Sequence record: OW969666.1
Strand: one strand, 5' to 3'
DNA from: a plasmid
DNA length: 64,000 bases
A program made the translations under genes and the position numbers. Shown in pieces: positions 40,142 to 51,726 of this stretch (the first letter of the stretch is position 1; every line of letters starts with the position of its first letter). Below the pieces are notes generated by a model. That model was not told the origin of the DNA, made no database searches, and saw only the letters and a list, made by a program, of their open reading frames with translations.

Positions 40142-40717
40142 ATGGCAGTTTCTCTCGTAAAAGGCGGCAACGTATCTCTGACCAAAGAAGCACCAACCAT
40201 GAATATCGCTATGGTTGGCCTCGGCTGGGATGCCCGTGTAACTGACGGTCAGGCTTTTGACCTGGACGCTTCCGTGTTCGCAGTAGGCGAAGACGGTAAA
40301 GTGCTGTCAGATGCGCATTTCATTTTCTTCAATAACAAAACCAGCCCTGATGGCGCGGTAGAGCACCAGGGCGACAACCGTACCGGTGAAGGCGACGGTG
40401 ACGATGAGCAGGTCAAAATCGATCTGACCAAAGTCTCAGCAGATATCAAAAAACTGGTGTTTGCCGTTACCATCTATGATGCAGAAGCGCGTAAACAAAA
40501 CTTCGGCATGGTGAGCAACAGCTTCATGCGCGTTTACAACAACGACAACGGCACGGAAATTGCCCGTTTCGATCTGTCTGAAGATGCCTCAACCGAAACC
40601 GCTATGGTCTTCGGTGAACTGTATCGTCATGGCGCTGAGTGGAAGTTTAAAGCTGTCGGTCAGGGCTTTGCCGGTGGCCTGGCGGCTCTTGCCTCCCAGC
40701 ACGGCGTTAACATCTAA
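40142..40717 (+). CDS. terE: TerE
   Basis: [15 protein letters not shown]; 191 aa from [11 protein letters not shown] with RBS aggagctaaaa. The longer ORF from 39938 is over-extension. Confidence 0.9.
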   Translation: MAVSLVKGGNVSLTKEAPTMNIAMVGLGWDARVTDGQAFDLDASVFAVGEDGKVLSDAHFIFFNNKTSPDGAVEHQGDNRTGEGDGDDEQVKIDLTKVSADIKKLVFAVTIYDAEARKQNFGMVSNSFMRVYNNDNGTEIARFDLSEDASTETAMVFGELYRHGAEWKFKAVGQGFAGGLAALASQHGVNI

Positions 40718-41145
40718 AACAACGCTGAATCATACCCCGGCAATGCCGGGGTTTTTTTTGGTTGCGATCCGCTTTCAGGAGGGAGTAGTAGAAAGGGGAC
40801 TGGAAATTTCAGAAAGCAGGTCATGTTAATTCAGACCTGAGCCTTTTAAAGGCAGGAAACGGATTTATCTCTGGTTGCTGGTTAAAGCCGGTATTCCGTG
40901 CCTTTTATCAACAGAATGCCCCTCTGATATATGTTACTTTTGCGGTTTATGAAGGAACGGGATCTGGAACATAAGATACCCGGTCAATCAAAATTCCAGT
41001 TCAACAGGTATAGAAACTTCAGCGTGATGAAATATGGTGTCACACCATATATACGCCTCACCAGAAATCCAGCGTCCTGAACTAAGCCTGGGGAACATAT
41101 ATAAGCGCTGCGCTTTAAAAATAATCAAAAATCAGGAGAGTTAAT

Positions 41146-41763
41146 GTGAATCTACAATCCGGACAAAACATACCGCTTCAGCAATCTGCGATCAGGCTGA
41201 ATCTTCAGTACCCTGCCAAATCCGGCTTTAAAGGCGAACCCGATACCTGCCTCTTCCTGCTTAATGCTCAGGGAAAGGTAACCGGCGATTCTGACTTTAT
41301 CTTTTATAATAATCTGTCTTCTCCTGAAGGGGCAGTAAAGCTCGTTACCGGTTCTCAGCAGTCCAGCATTGAGATAGCACTGGATCGTGTTCCGGCGAAC
41401 GTCAGTAAGATTGCGATCACCGTTGTCATTGATGGTGAAGATACTATCAGTGGGCTCAGTTTATTGAGCATTCAGGCTCCTGGTATCGCTGATTTTCAGG
41501 CTGAGACTCAGGGCCGCAGTGAGAAAGCAATCATCCTGGGTGAAGTATATCGGCACAATGGCGCCTGGAAGCTTCGTGCGCTCGGGCAGGGTTTCAACGG
41601 TGGTCTTGAGCCTCTGGCCATTAGCTTTGGCGTTGATGTCGCACAGCCAGCTCCGCAGCCAGCAAAGCCTGCTCGTATCAGTCTGGAAAAGAAACTTGAA
41701 ACCAGATCTCCGCGCCTCGTAAGCCTCGCTAAAAAAGGCACTGTTGCAAATAGTCGGTGGTGA
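41146..41763 (+). pseudogene. terF: terF, 3'-truncated by IS26 (reads into the IS26 inverted repeat)
   Basis: GTG start after aggagag. It has a TerD-like N-terminus, and the final codons and stop lie within the IS26 IR (ggcactgttgcaaatag). Confidence 0.7.
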
Positions 41764-42556
41764 TAAACTTATCATCCCCTTTTGCTGATGGAGCTGCACA
41801 TGAACCCATTCAAAGGCCGGCATTTTCAGCGTGACATCATTCTGTGGGCCGTACGCTGGTACTGCAAATACGGCATCAGTTACCGTGAGCTGCAGGAGAT
41901 GCTGGCTGAACGCGGAGTGAATGTCGATCACTCCACGATTTACCGCTGGGTTCAGCGTTATGCGCCTGAAATGGAAAAACGGCTGCGCTGGTACTGGCGT
42001 AACCCTTCCGATCTTTGCCCGTGGCACATGGATGAAACCTACGTGAAGGTCAATGGCCGCTGGGCGTATCTGTACCGGGCCGTCGACAGCCGGGGCCGCA
42101 CTGTCGATTTTTATCTCTCCTCCCGTCGTAACAGCAAAGCTGCATACCGGTTTCTGGGTAAAATCCTCAACAACGTGAAGAAGTGGCAGATCCCGCGATT
42201 CATCAACACGGATAAAGCGCCCGCCTATGGTCGCGCGCTTGCTCTGCTCAAACGCGAAGGCCGGTGCCCGTCTGACGTTGAACACCGACAGATTAAGTAC
42301 CGGAACAACGTGATTGAATGCGATCATGGCAAACTGAAACGGATAATCGGCGCCACGCTGGGATTTAAATCCATGAAGACGGCTTACGCCACCATCAAAG
42401 GTATTGAGGTGATGCGTGCACTACGCAAAGGCCAGGCCTCAGCATTTTATTATGGTGATCCCCTGGGCGAAATGCGCCTGGTAAGCAGAGTTTTTGAAAT
42501 GTAAGGCCTTTGAATAAGACAAAAGGCTGCCTCATCGCTAACTTTGCAACAGTGCC
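41737..42556 (+). mobile_element. IS26 (820 bp) without flanking 8-bp target duplication
   Basis: 14-bp IRs ggcactgttgcaaa / tttgcaacagtgcc. The flanks ctaaaaaa and ctcgaaaa differ, implying an IS26-mediated deletion or rearrangement. Confidence 0.9.
41800..42504 (+). CDS. tnpA: IS26 transposase Tnp26
   Basis: MNPFKGRHFQRDIILWAVRWYCKYGISYRELQEM... is the canonical Tnp26 sequence. Confidence 0.9.
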   Translation: MNPFKGRHFQRDIILWAVRWYCKYGISYRELQEMLAERGVNVDHSTIYRWVQRYAPEMEKRLRWYWRNPSDLCPWHMDETYVKVNGRWAYLYRAVDSRGRTVDFYLSSRRNSKAAYRFLGKILNNVKKWQIPRFINTDKAPAYGRALALLKREGRCPSDVEHRQIKYRNNVIECDHGKLKRIIGATLGFKSMKTAYATIKGIEVMRALRKGQASAFYYGDPLGEMRLVSRVFEM

Positions 42557-42760
42557 CTCGAAAATAGTTCTTGAAATTCTATTCTTGATTGCATATCATC
42601 TCAACGAGTTTCGATAAGAAAGGATGCGCATGCGACCGTCTGGTTCGCTGGTGGGCAAGGAGGCAGCAGCCGACACGCTCATCGGCAACTGCACGACCGC
42701 ACGACCAGCCTCCCGTTCAAATTCGAGTTAGAACTCATATCCAGCCTGTCTGGGGGCACT

Positions 42761-43135
42761 GTGAAAGAGGGATCTCCGATGACTGTTGAATCGAGAATAT
42801 TTTCTGTAGCCGAGTATGTTCAGCCGTCCGAAGGCGAGCCTATTCGTTCCGTTGTGCTTGAAACCCGAGACTCAATTATCGTGGTTTGGCATGTCCATCC
42901 CGGGCAGGAAATTGCGGCTCACATTCATCCTCACGGCCAAGACACGTGGACTGTTTTGTCGGGAATGGCTGATTACTTTCAGGGCAATGGGATTGTTCGT
43001 GCCCTCAGGGAAGGTGAGATAGCCGTGGCAAGACCGGGCCAAGTGCACGGGGCGCGAAATACAGGTACCGAGCCATTTGTGTTCGTCTCGGTTGTGGCAT
43101 CAGCCAATGCCGGTTTCGTATTGGCTGAGCGATAG
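42761..43135 (+). CDS. Cupin-domain protein
   Basis: Two His-containing cupin motifs (HVHPGQEIAAHIHPHGQD ... GQVHGARN). Confidence 0.6.
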   Translation: MKEGSPMTVESRIFSVAEYVQPSEGEPIRSVVLETRDSIIVVWHVHPGQEIAAHIHPHGQDTWTVLSGMADYFQGNGIVRALREGEIAVARPGQVHGARNTGTEPFVFVSVVASANAGFVLAER

Positions 43136-43389
43136 AGCCCAATCTCTGGAGTTGGTCCAATGAGCGGTCGGGGAGATAGGTAACAGACATGCAGCGGACA
43201 CGGCTGCTAAACCAGGTCGCAAACCTCCTTGCGTCGCAGCGTGCCGCAAGCGACGCGATCAATCGAATGGGGTCGGCATGAGACTGAACACCATCCAGTT
43301 CCCGACCGCGTAGCCGCCTGTCCTGCCGATCAGGTCTTGACCATCGACGCCTGGGATCAGTCCTGAATGTTCTTGGAGACCACTACGTT

Positions 43390-43716
43390 ATGAGCCGCAG
43401 CCGCCGCAAAACACCCATCGTCGGGCACACGACCTGCGGCAGCGAGCGCGAGGACAAGAAGCTCTGGCATCAGCGCTGGCGCACCCGTGAGCGCACGGCG
43501 CTGACCAGCGCGTCGCCCGAAGCCCTGAGCGCCCATCTGCCCCTGCTGGAAAACCAGGCCAGCAGCGTCTGGTCGATGGGCAAGGATGGCCGCTCCTACT
43601 GGCCCGTCAAGCGCCAGGCCGCCACGGCGGATCGCATCGCCAATCACAAGGGACGCAACCCGCAAGAACGCGCCTCCCTGAAAAAGCGCCTGCTGCGCAA
43701 GTGGATGAGCAAATGA
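43390..43716 (+). CDS. Hypothetical basic protein (108 aa)
   Basis: ORF with GTT ATG context. It lies adjacent to the outer end of the transposon IR. Confidence 0.4.
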   Translation: MSRSRRKTPIVGHTTCGSEREDKKLWHQRWRTRERTALTSASPEALSAHLPLLENQASSVWSMGKDGRSYWPVKRQAATADRIANHKGRNPQERASLKKRLLRKWMSK

Positions 43717-43854
43717 AGCTCTCCTTCCATCAGCACATTGCGCTGTTCTGGATGATCGGTGCTCCGGGTGTCACTTTCAGAAGGCGACAGCACGAAATAT
43801 CAAAAGTCGACCGCACGGTCTTTTCTGACGTTGGAGTCGCCTCAGAAAACGGAA

Positions 43855-45181
43855 TCTATGGTCACTCCCGTTTTTGCAACACCGATTTTGACGACAAGTT
43901 GGCTTGCTTGAATCTATCCGGCGTCTGAATGGGATTTTATTCCCGCGCCTTGATGAGTTCCGCGCCTGATGAACCTCCAGAAAATATACGGCTTCAATGA
44001 GCCTTTCCGTTTTACAGGTTCCTCAACAGGCCGGTGGGCCGTTAGTATCATCAATATCAGTATTCGCAAAACCAGATCAGTAATTCTTTAAACCGGTGTA
44101 TTTCTGCCGTTATGCTACATAAGTTTGCTGTCGTGCCGTTAGGGCCCAGGCTATTCTGGCCAGCTTGTTTGCCAGAGCACAAGTGACGACAAAGTTGCTT
44201 TTCCGGCACAGTAAATCCCTGACCCAATCGGCCAATTTGCCAGACTGGTGTTCCAGTTTTTGTATGAATACCCTGGCACATTGAACCAACAAAGTTCGGA
44301 TCTTTTTATTACCTCGCTTACTAATTCCCAGCAATGTCGTCCTACCTCCCGTGCTGTACTGCCGAGGTACAAGCCCTGTTGCCGCCGCAAAGTCACGGCT
44401 GCTGGCGTACTGCTTCCCGTCGCCAATCTCAGTTGAAATAGTACTCGCTGTCAGTGTTCCGACGCAGGGAATGCTCAGCAAGCGCTGTCCAACCTCATCT
44501 TCGTCCAACTTTCGTTTCAACTGGGATTCCAAATCTTTAATCTGCTCAACAAGATAGTGATAATGCTGTTGTAATTTCAGCAATAACTGGCTGAGGTAAA
44601 GAGGCAAACTATTATCCTCAAGAATGGTACTCAGTCGGCTAATAACGGCAGCTCCTCGGGGAACGCTAATGCCAAATTCCAGCAGAAAAGCATGCATTTG
44701 ATTGGTTGTTTTTACCTTATCCTGAACCAGGGATTCACGGACACGATGCAGAGCCCGCATTGCCTGCTGAGATTCCGTTCTGGGCTGCACAAAACGCATA
44801 GACGGACGCGATGCAGCTTCACAAATAGCTTCGGCGTCGACAAAGTCGTTTTTATTGCTTTTAACGAACGGGCGGACAAATTGTGGTGATATCAGCTTTG
44901 GGGAATGCCCCAACTCTTCCAACTTGCGTGCCATAAAGTGAGAACCGCCACAGGCTTCCATTGCGATGGTTGTAGCGGGGCATGTCGCCAAAAATTCGAT
45001 CAACTTTGGCCGGGTAAATTTTTTACGGTAAACAGCCTTCCCGCGACGATCCTGGCAATGAATATGGAAAGAGTTTTTACCCAGATCGATACCAATGAGC
45101 GCAATGTTTTCCATGATAGTTCTCCGAATGAAAGCCTGTCCTCAGCATAGTACCGGGAAGGAGGGAGTGACCATCTCATTA
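43855..45181 (-). mobile_element. IS5075/IS4321-type IS110-family element (1327 bp) inserted in the Tn21-type IR
   Basis: Near-identical inverted copy at 54921-56249. It is inserted at the characteristic position inside the 38-bp IR, with no TSD. Confidence 0.8.
44110..45114 (-). CDS. IS110-family transposase (IS5075/IS4321 type, 334 aa)
   Basis: MENIALIGIDLGKNSFHIH... is the DEDD transposase N-terminus. Identical protein at 54990-55994. Confidence 0.85.
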   Translation of the reverse strand: MENIALIGIDLGKNSFHIHCQDRRGKAVYRKKFTRPKLIEFLATCPATTIAMEACGGSHFMARKLEELGHSPKLISPQFVRPFVKSNKNDFVDAEAICEAASRPSMRFVQPRTESQQAMRALHRVRESLVQDKVKTTNQMHAFLLEFGISVPRGAAVISRLSTILEDNSLPLYLSQLLLKLQQHYHYLVEQIKDLESQLKRKLDEDEVGQRLLSIPCVGTLTASTISTEIGDGKQYASSRDFAAATGLVPRQYSTGGRTTLLGISKRGNKKIRTLLVQCARVFIQKLEHQSGKLADWVRDLLCRKSNFVVTCALANKLARIAWALTARQQTYVA

Positions 45182-45213
45182 AATAAAGCACGCTAAGGCG
45201 TAGTTCCCTCGGG

Positions 45214-45648
45214 CTACACCGCGTCCGCACTGCGCGGTTCTTTCTTCCCTTGCAGTGACGCAATCAGCGGGCAGGAAACGTTCCCCTTCCGCGCATGGCA
45301 GGCGCACACCAAATCAGACAGCACGGCCTCCATGCGCGCCAGGTCAGCCATCCTCTCGCGCACGTCCTTGAGCTTGTGCTCGGCCAGGCTGCTGGCTTCC
45401 TCGCAATGGGTGCCATCCTCCAGCCGCAGCAGCTCGGCGATCTCATCCAGGCTGAAACCCAACCGCTGGGCTGATTTCACGAAGCGCACCCGCGTTACAT
45501 CCGTCTCGCCATAGCGGCGAATGCTGCCGTAAGGCTTGTCCGGTTCCGGGAGCAAGCCCTTGCGCTGATAGAACCGGATGGTCTCCACATTGACCCCGGC
45601 CGTCCTGGCGAAAACGCCAATGGTCAGGTTCTCCAAATTGTTTTCCAT
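45214..45648 (-). CDS. merR: MerR mercuric-responsive regulator
   Basis: Canonical MerR N-terminal HTH ([14 protein letters not shown]...) and C-terminal metal-binding Cys residues (...HCEEASS..., CACH, CPLI). Confidence 0.9.
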   Translation of the reverse strand: MENNLENLTIGVFARTAGVNVETIRFYQRKGLLPEPDKPYGSIRRYGETDVTRVRFVKSAQRLGFSLDEIAELLRLEDGTHCEEASSLAEHKLKDVRERMADLARMEAVLSDLVCACHARKGNVSCPLIASLQGKKEPRSADAV

Positions 45649-45719
45649 ATCGCTTGACTCCGTACATAACTACGGAAGTAAGCTTAAGCTATCCAATTCA
45701 GATTCGAAAGGACAAACGT
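45649..45719. promoter_or_regulatory. mer operator/promoter (divergent PmerR/PmerT) with MerR dyad tccgtacataactacgga between TTGACT and TAAGCT, 19-bp spacer
   Basis: The dyad and the long-spacer promoter architecture are characteristic of MerR-regulated promoters. Confidence 0.7.
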
Positions 45720-46070
45720 ATGTCTGAACCTCAAAACGGGCGCGGCGCGCTCTTCACTGGCGGGCTGGCCGCCATCCTCGCCTCGGCTTGCTGCCTCGGG
45801 CCGCTGGTTCTGATCGCCTTGGGGTTCAGCGGCGCTTGGATCGGCAACTTGACGGTGTTGGAACCCTATCGCCCCATCTTTATCGGCGTGGCGCTGGTGG
45901 CGTTGTTCTTCGCCTGGCGGCGCATCTACCGGCCGTCAGCCGCCTGCAAACCGGGTGAGGTTTGCGCGATTCCCCAAGTGCGAGCTACTTACAAGCTCAT
46001 TTTCTGGGGCGTGGCCGTGCTGGTTTTGGTCGCGCTCGGATTTCCCTACGTCGTGCCATTTTTCTATTGA
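45720..46070 (+). CDS. merT: MerT mercury transporter
   Basis: 116 aa; ASACCLGPLV contains the TM1 Cys pair. Confidence 0.9.
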   Translation: MSEPQNGRGALFTGGLAAILASACCLGPLVLIALGFSGAWIGNLTVLEPYRPIFIGVALVALFFAWRRIYRPSAACKPGEVCAIPQVRATYKLIFWGVAVLVLVALGFPYVVPFFY

Positions 46071-46085
46071 TCACAGGAGTTCACC

Positions 46086-48252
<2,167 letters not shown>

Positions 48253-48268
48253 AAAAAGGAGGTTTTCA

Positions 48269-48634
48269 ATGAGCGCCTACACCGTGTCCCGGCTGGCCCT
48301 TGATGCCGGGGTGAGCGTGCATATCGTGCGCGACTACCTGCTGCGCGGATTGCTGCGTCCGGTGGCGTGCACCCCGGGCGGCTATGGCCTGTTCGATGAT
48401 GCCGCCTTGCAACGGCTGTGCTTCGTGCGGGCGGCCTTCGAGGCGGGCATCGGCCTGGACGCGCTGGCGCGGCTGTGCCGGGCGCTGGATGCTGCGGACG
48501 GCGATGAAGCGGCCGCGCAGCTTGCCGTTCTGCGCCAGTTCGTCGAGCGTCGGCGCGAAGCGTTGGCCGATCTGGAGGTGCAGTTGGCCACCATGCCGAC
48601 CGAGCCGGCACAGCACGCGGAGAGTCTGCCATGA
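48269..48634 (+). CDS. merD: MerD co-regulator
   Basis: MerR-like HTH N-terminus [23 protein letters not shown]; 121 aa. Confidence 0.85.
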   Translation: MSAYTVSRLALDAGVSVHIVRDYLLRGLLRPVACTPGGYGLFDDAALQRLCFVRAAFEAGIGLDALARLCRALDAADGDEAAAQLAVLRQFVERRREALADLEVQLATMPTEPAQHAESLP

Positions 48635-48867
48635 ACAGCCCCGAGCGCTTGCCGTCCGAGACGCACAAACCGATCACCGGCTACCTGTGGGGCGCGCTGG
48701 CCGTGCTCACCTGTCCCTGCCATTTGCCGATTCTCGCCATTGTGCTGGCCGGCACGACGGCCGGCGCGTTCATCGGAGAGTACTGGGGTATCGCAGCCCT
48801 CACGCTGACCGGTTTGTTCGTCCTGTCTGTGACACGACTGCTGCGGGCCTTCAAAGATCGATCATGA
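48631..48867 (+). CDS. merE: MerE
   Basis: 78 aa with a CPC motif ([10 protein letters not shown]). Confidence 0.85.
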   Translation: MNSPERLPSETHKPITGYLWGALAVLTCPCHLPILAIVLAGTTAGAFIGEYWGIAALTLTGLFVLSVTRLLRAFKDRS

Positions 48868-48919
48868 GCGCTTCCCATTGAGACAAACCACGCTGTCGCT
48901 ACGTTGCCTCATGCCGGCA

Positions 48920-49534
48920 TCAAATTCGGCTGAGTAGCTTCTCGCCATCTGGACGTAGCTCACCCTTGGGTGAAACATGCCGATACAGGGTCTGCCGCGT
49001 GACGCCAAGTTCCTGGCACAGGTCGCCGACCTTGGTCTCTGGCTGACCCATTGCCGCCATCGCCAGCCGCAGCTTGGCGGCGGTCATCTTGAACGGCCGG
49101 CCGCCTTTCCGCCCGCGCGCGCGGGCCGAGGCTAGGCCGGCAATCGTGCGCTCCGCGATCAACTCGCGCTCGAACTCGGCCAGGGCGGCGAAGATGCCAA
49201 AGACCAGCTTGCCGGCGGCGGTCGTGGTGTCGATGGCCGCGCCGTGCCCGGTTAATACCTTCAAGCCGATGCCGCGCCCAGTCAGGTCGTGCACGGTGTT
49301 GATGAGATGTCGCAGGTCGCGTCCGAGCCGATCCAGTTTCCACACGACCAGTGTGTCGCCAGTTCGCAACGCCTTCAGGCAGCTCGTCAAGCCGGGCCGA
49401 TCCTCGCGCATGCCGGATGCCTGGTCCTCGTAAAGATGTACTGGATCGACCCCGGCGGCAATCAGCGCGTCGCGCTGCAAATCGGTAGCCTGGGAGCCGT
49501 CCGCCTTCGATACCCGCATGTAGCCTATCAGCAT
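48920..49534 (-). CDS. tniR: TniR (TniC) serine resolvase of the Tn402/Tn5053 family
   Basis: MLIGYMRVSKADGSQ..., catalytic Ser in RVS, and a C-terminal HTH. Confidence 0.85.
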   Translation of the reverse strand: MLIGYMRVSKADGSQATDLQRDALIAAGVDPVHLYEDQASGMREDRPGLTSCLKALRTGDTLVVWKLDRLGRDLRHLINTVHDLTGRGIGLKVLTGHGAAIDTTTAAGKLVFGIFAALAEFERELIAERTIAGLASARARGRKGGRPFKMTAAKLRLAMAAMGQPETKVGDLCQELGVTRQTLYRHVSPKGELRPDGEKLLSRI

Positions 49535-49594
49535 GTCGTACCTGTCACATATACGTTCGATTATGTGACAGTGTGAGCCAGAAAGCTCTCGCCG

Positions 49595-50812
49595 TCAAAA
49601 ACTGTCACTTAACCCGTCATTTAGTCTAAGACCTGCAAACGGCCATTCAGGCTCGTAATGTGACAAAAACTCCGGCGGGATGCCCTCCTTGGTGAACGTG
49701 GCGCGCAAACGTTCCAGGGATTCGGGGTCGCGTCGCCCGTAGGACGCCAGTGTGAACAGCAAGCGGGCCGTCTCCGGGTTGTGTCGCGCTTCAATGATGG
49801 CCTCATCGATGGCCTGGGCTGCTCGTTGCCAGTGGTTGATGGGTTCCGGCTTCGGCACCTTCGCCGGCAGGCCGTTGGTGAAACCAGTGTACGGCTCCGT
49901 CTGAAACAGCGCGGCCTGTTCCCCGCGCGGGATCAGCGCCTTTGACTCGATCAGCGTGATGGCGGTGGCCGCCGCCTCCAGCATCTGCCACTGCACCGCC
50001 GGGGCCAGAATCTCGTAGGGACGCCACAGACTCTGCCCGGCGCGCAGCGGATGGCCGCAGCGCTCCCAGACATGGCGGATGCTCGCCGAGCAACTGCCGC
50101 AGTGCGAGAGCGGCGTGTTCAGCTCATCAAGCAGGGTGCGCAGCAGCCGGAACCACAAGCCGGCGTGGACACGCCGACGCGGCAGCTCCACAAAACCCGT
50201 CGTCAGCGCCTGCCAGGTGCGCCGGTCCATGCAGGCGATTGCGTCATCGGCAGGGCGCGGCGCAGCATCGGCGATTTCCCACTGAAGATACCGGCCGGGC
50301 ATGCCCCAGTAGGACTCCAGCCAGCAGCCATGCTGCGGGCAGCTCAGCATCAAGGGGAGCTGCCAGACGAGTAGCACAGCTTGATTCGTTGGATCGTTCA
50401 GACACTGCGGACACGCCCGGCGAATCGTCTGGCTCGGTAGCCAGGCACGCCAGCGAGTGATGGACCGCACCTTGCGGGTGCGCTTGGGCAGGAGCACCGC
50501 GCATTGGAATGTATAGGTTTCCAAGGCTGCTGGTACCGAATCGTCGAGACTGTCGAGCAGCCACGGCACCCAGCCTGCAAGACTCATGCTGCGCAACCGC
50601 TCCAGCTCGACGCCACTGCGCTGGCAGAGCGCCGTCAGCAACGACAAGGATGGTGCGGTATCCAGGTCATCAAGTTGGCTGTGACCAAGATCGTGGGCCA
50701 GCAGCTCGTGCACGTCCATCTGGTAGCAGGCGGCGACCCGGTTGAGCCATGAGGACAGGGCTTCGCCTTCCTTGGGTGCCGGATGCAGCGGCCAGCGCGG
50801 CGCGGACTTCAC
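49595..50812 (-). CDS. tniQ: TniQ
   Basis: 405 aa, with the order tniA-tniB-tniQ-tniR on the minus strand. Confidence 0.8.
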   Translation of the reverse strand: MKSAPRWPLHPAPKEGEALSSWLNRVAACYQMDVHELLAHDLGHSQLDDLDTAPSLSLLTALCQRSGVELERLRSMSLAGWVPWLLDSLDDSVPAALETYTFQCAVLLPKRTRKVRSITRWRAWLPSQTIRRACPQCLNDPTNQAVLLVWQLPLMLSCPQHGCWLESYWGMPGRYLQWEIADAAPRPADDAIACMDRRTWQALTTGFVELPRRRVHAGLWFRLLRTLLDELNTPLSHCGSCSASIRHVWERCGHPLRAGQSLWRPYEILAPAVQWQMLEAAATAITLIESKALIPRGEQAALFQTEPYTGFTNGLPAKVPKPEPINHWQRAAQAIDEAIIEARHNPETARLLFTLASYGRRDPESLERLRATFTKEGIPPEFLSHYEPEWPFAGLRLNDGLSDSF

Positions 50813-51726
50813 ATCAGTTCCCGCTCGAACTGTCGCCGCCGCTCACTGGGGCCGATGTAGTCGGCCATGCTGAGCGTGCGGTGGTTGATCGCTTCCTCGC
50901 CACTCTCCACGGCGGCGACGGCCGCCGCCACCAGCAGATGTGCAAGCTCGCCGATGGTGCCTTCGCTCCGGGTGAGCAGGTAGCGGGCCATGTCCAGCGT
51001 GGCAATCGGGGATGGCCGCCGTAGCGGGAGTGACGCCGCGAAGCTGGCCAGCAGCGAGCAGCAGTCCTCATTGGCCTCCCACGGCGGCAGCAGCATCGGC
51101 TCGAAGCGGTTTTCCAACTGATCGTCCGAACGGATGGCCAGGTACGCCTCGCGCGTGCCGACCCCGACCAGGGGGATACGCAGCTCGTTGCCGAGGAAGC
51201 GCAGCAGGTTGAGGAACTCGCGCCGGTTAACGCTGTTGCCAGCCAGTACATTGTGCAGTTCGTCGATCACCAGCATGCGCACGCCGACCTTGCGCAGCAG
51301 GGCCAGCGCCAGTTGCTCCATTTCCGGCAGCCGTGGGCGCGGGCGCAGCGGCGCGCCCATCGCAGCCAGCAGCGCGACATAGAAGCGGATCACCGATGGC
51401 TCTGACGGCATCTGCACGACCAGCACCGGGATATGTTCTTGGTCAGCGTCGGTGCCGACCGGGTGCGCCCGCCGGAATTTCTCGACGATCATCGACTTGC
51501 CGTTGTTGGTGGGGCCGACCAGCAGCAGGTTTGGCATGCGTTGCTTGTTCGGCCACGCATACAGAGTTTCCAGCCGGTTCAGCGCCTCGACCGCGCGCGG
51601 GTAGCCGATCCAGCGGTCGGCGCGAATGCGCTGGATGCGCTCGTCTGCCGGCAGCCTGGCCAAACCCTGTGCCGCTGGCAGCAGGTGGGACAGGTCAATG
51701 ACGGGATATTCGTCCACGGCTACCAC
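50809..51726 (-). CDS. tniB: TniB AAA+ ATPase
   Basis: Walker A motif LLVGPTNNGKSMIV. Confidence 0.85.
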   Translation of the reverse strand: MVAVDEYPVIDLSHLLPAAQGLARLPADERIQRIRADRWIGYPRAVEALNRLETLYAWPNKQRMPNLLLVGPTNNGKSMIVEKFRRAHPVGTDADQEHIPVLVVQMPSEPSVIRFYVALLAAMGAPLRPRPRLPEMEQLALALLRKVGVRMLVIDELHNVLAGNSVNRREFLNLLRFLGNELRIPLVGVGTREAYLAIRSDDQLENRFEPMLLPPWEANEDCCSLLASFAASLPLRRPSPIATLDMARYLLTRSEGTIGELAHLLVAAAVAAVESGEEAINHRTLSMADYIGPSERRRQFERELM

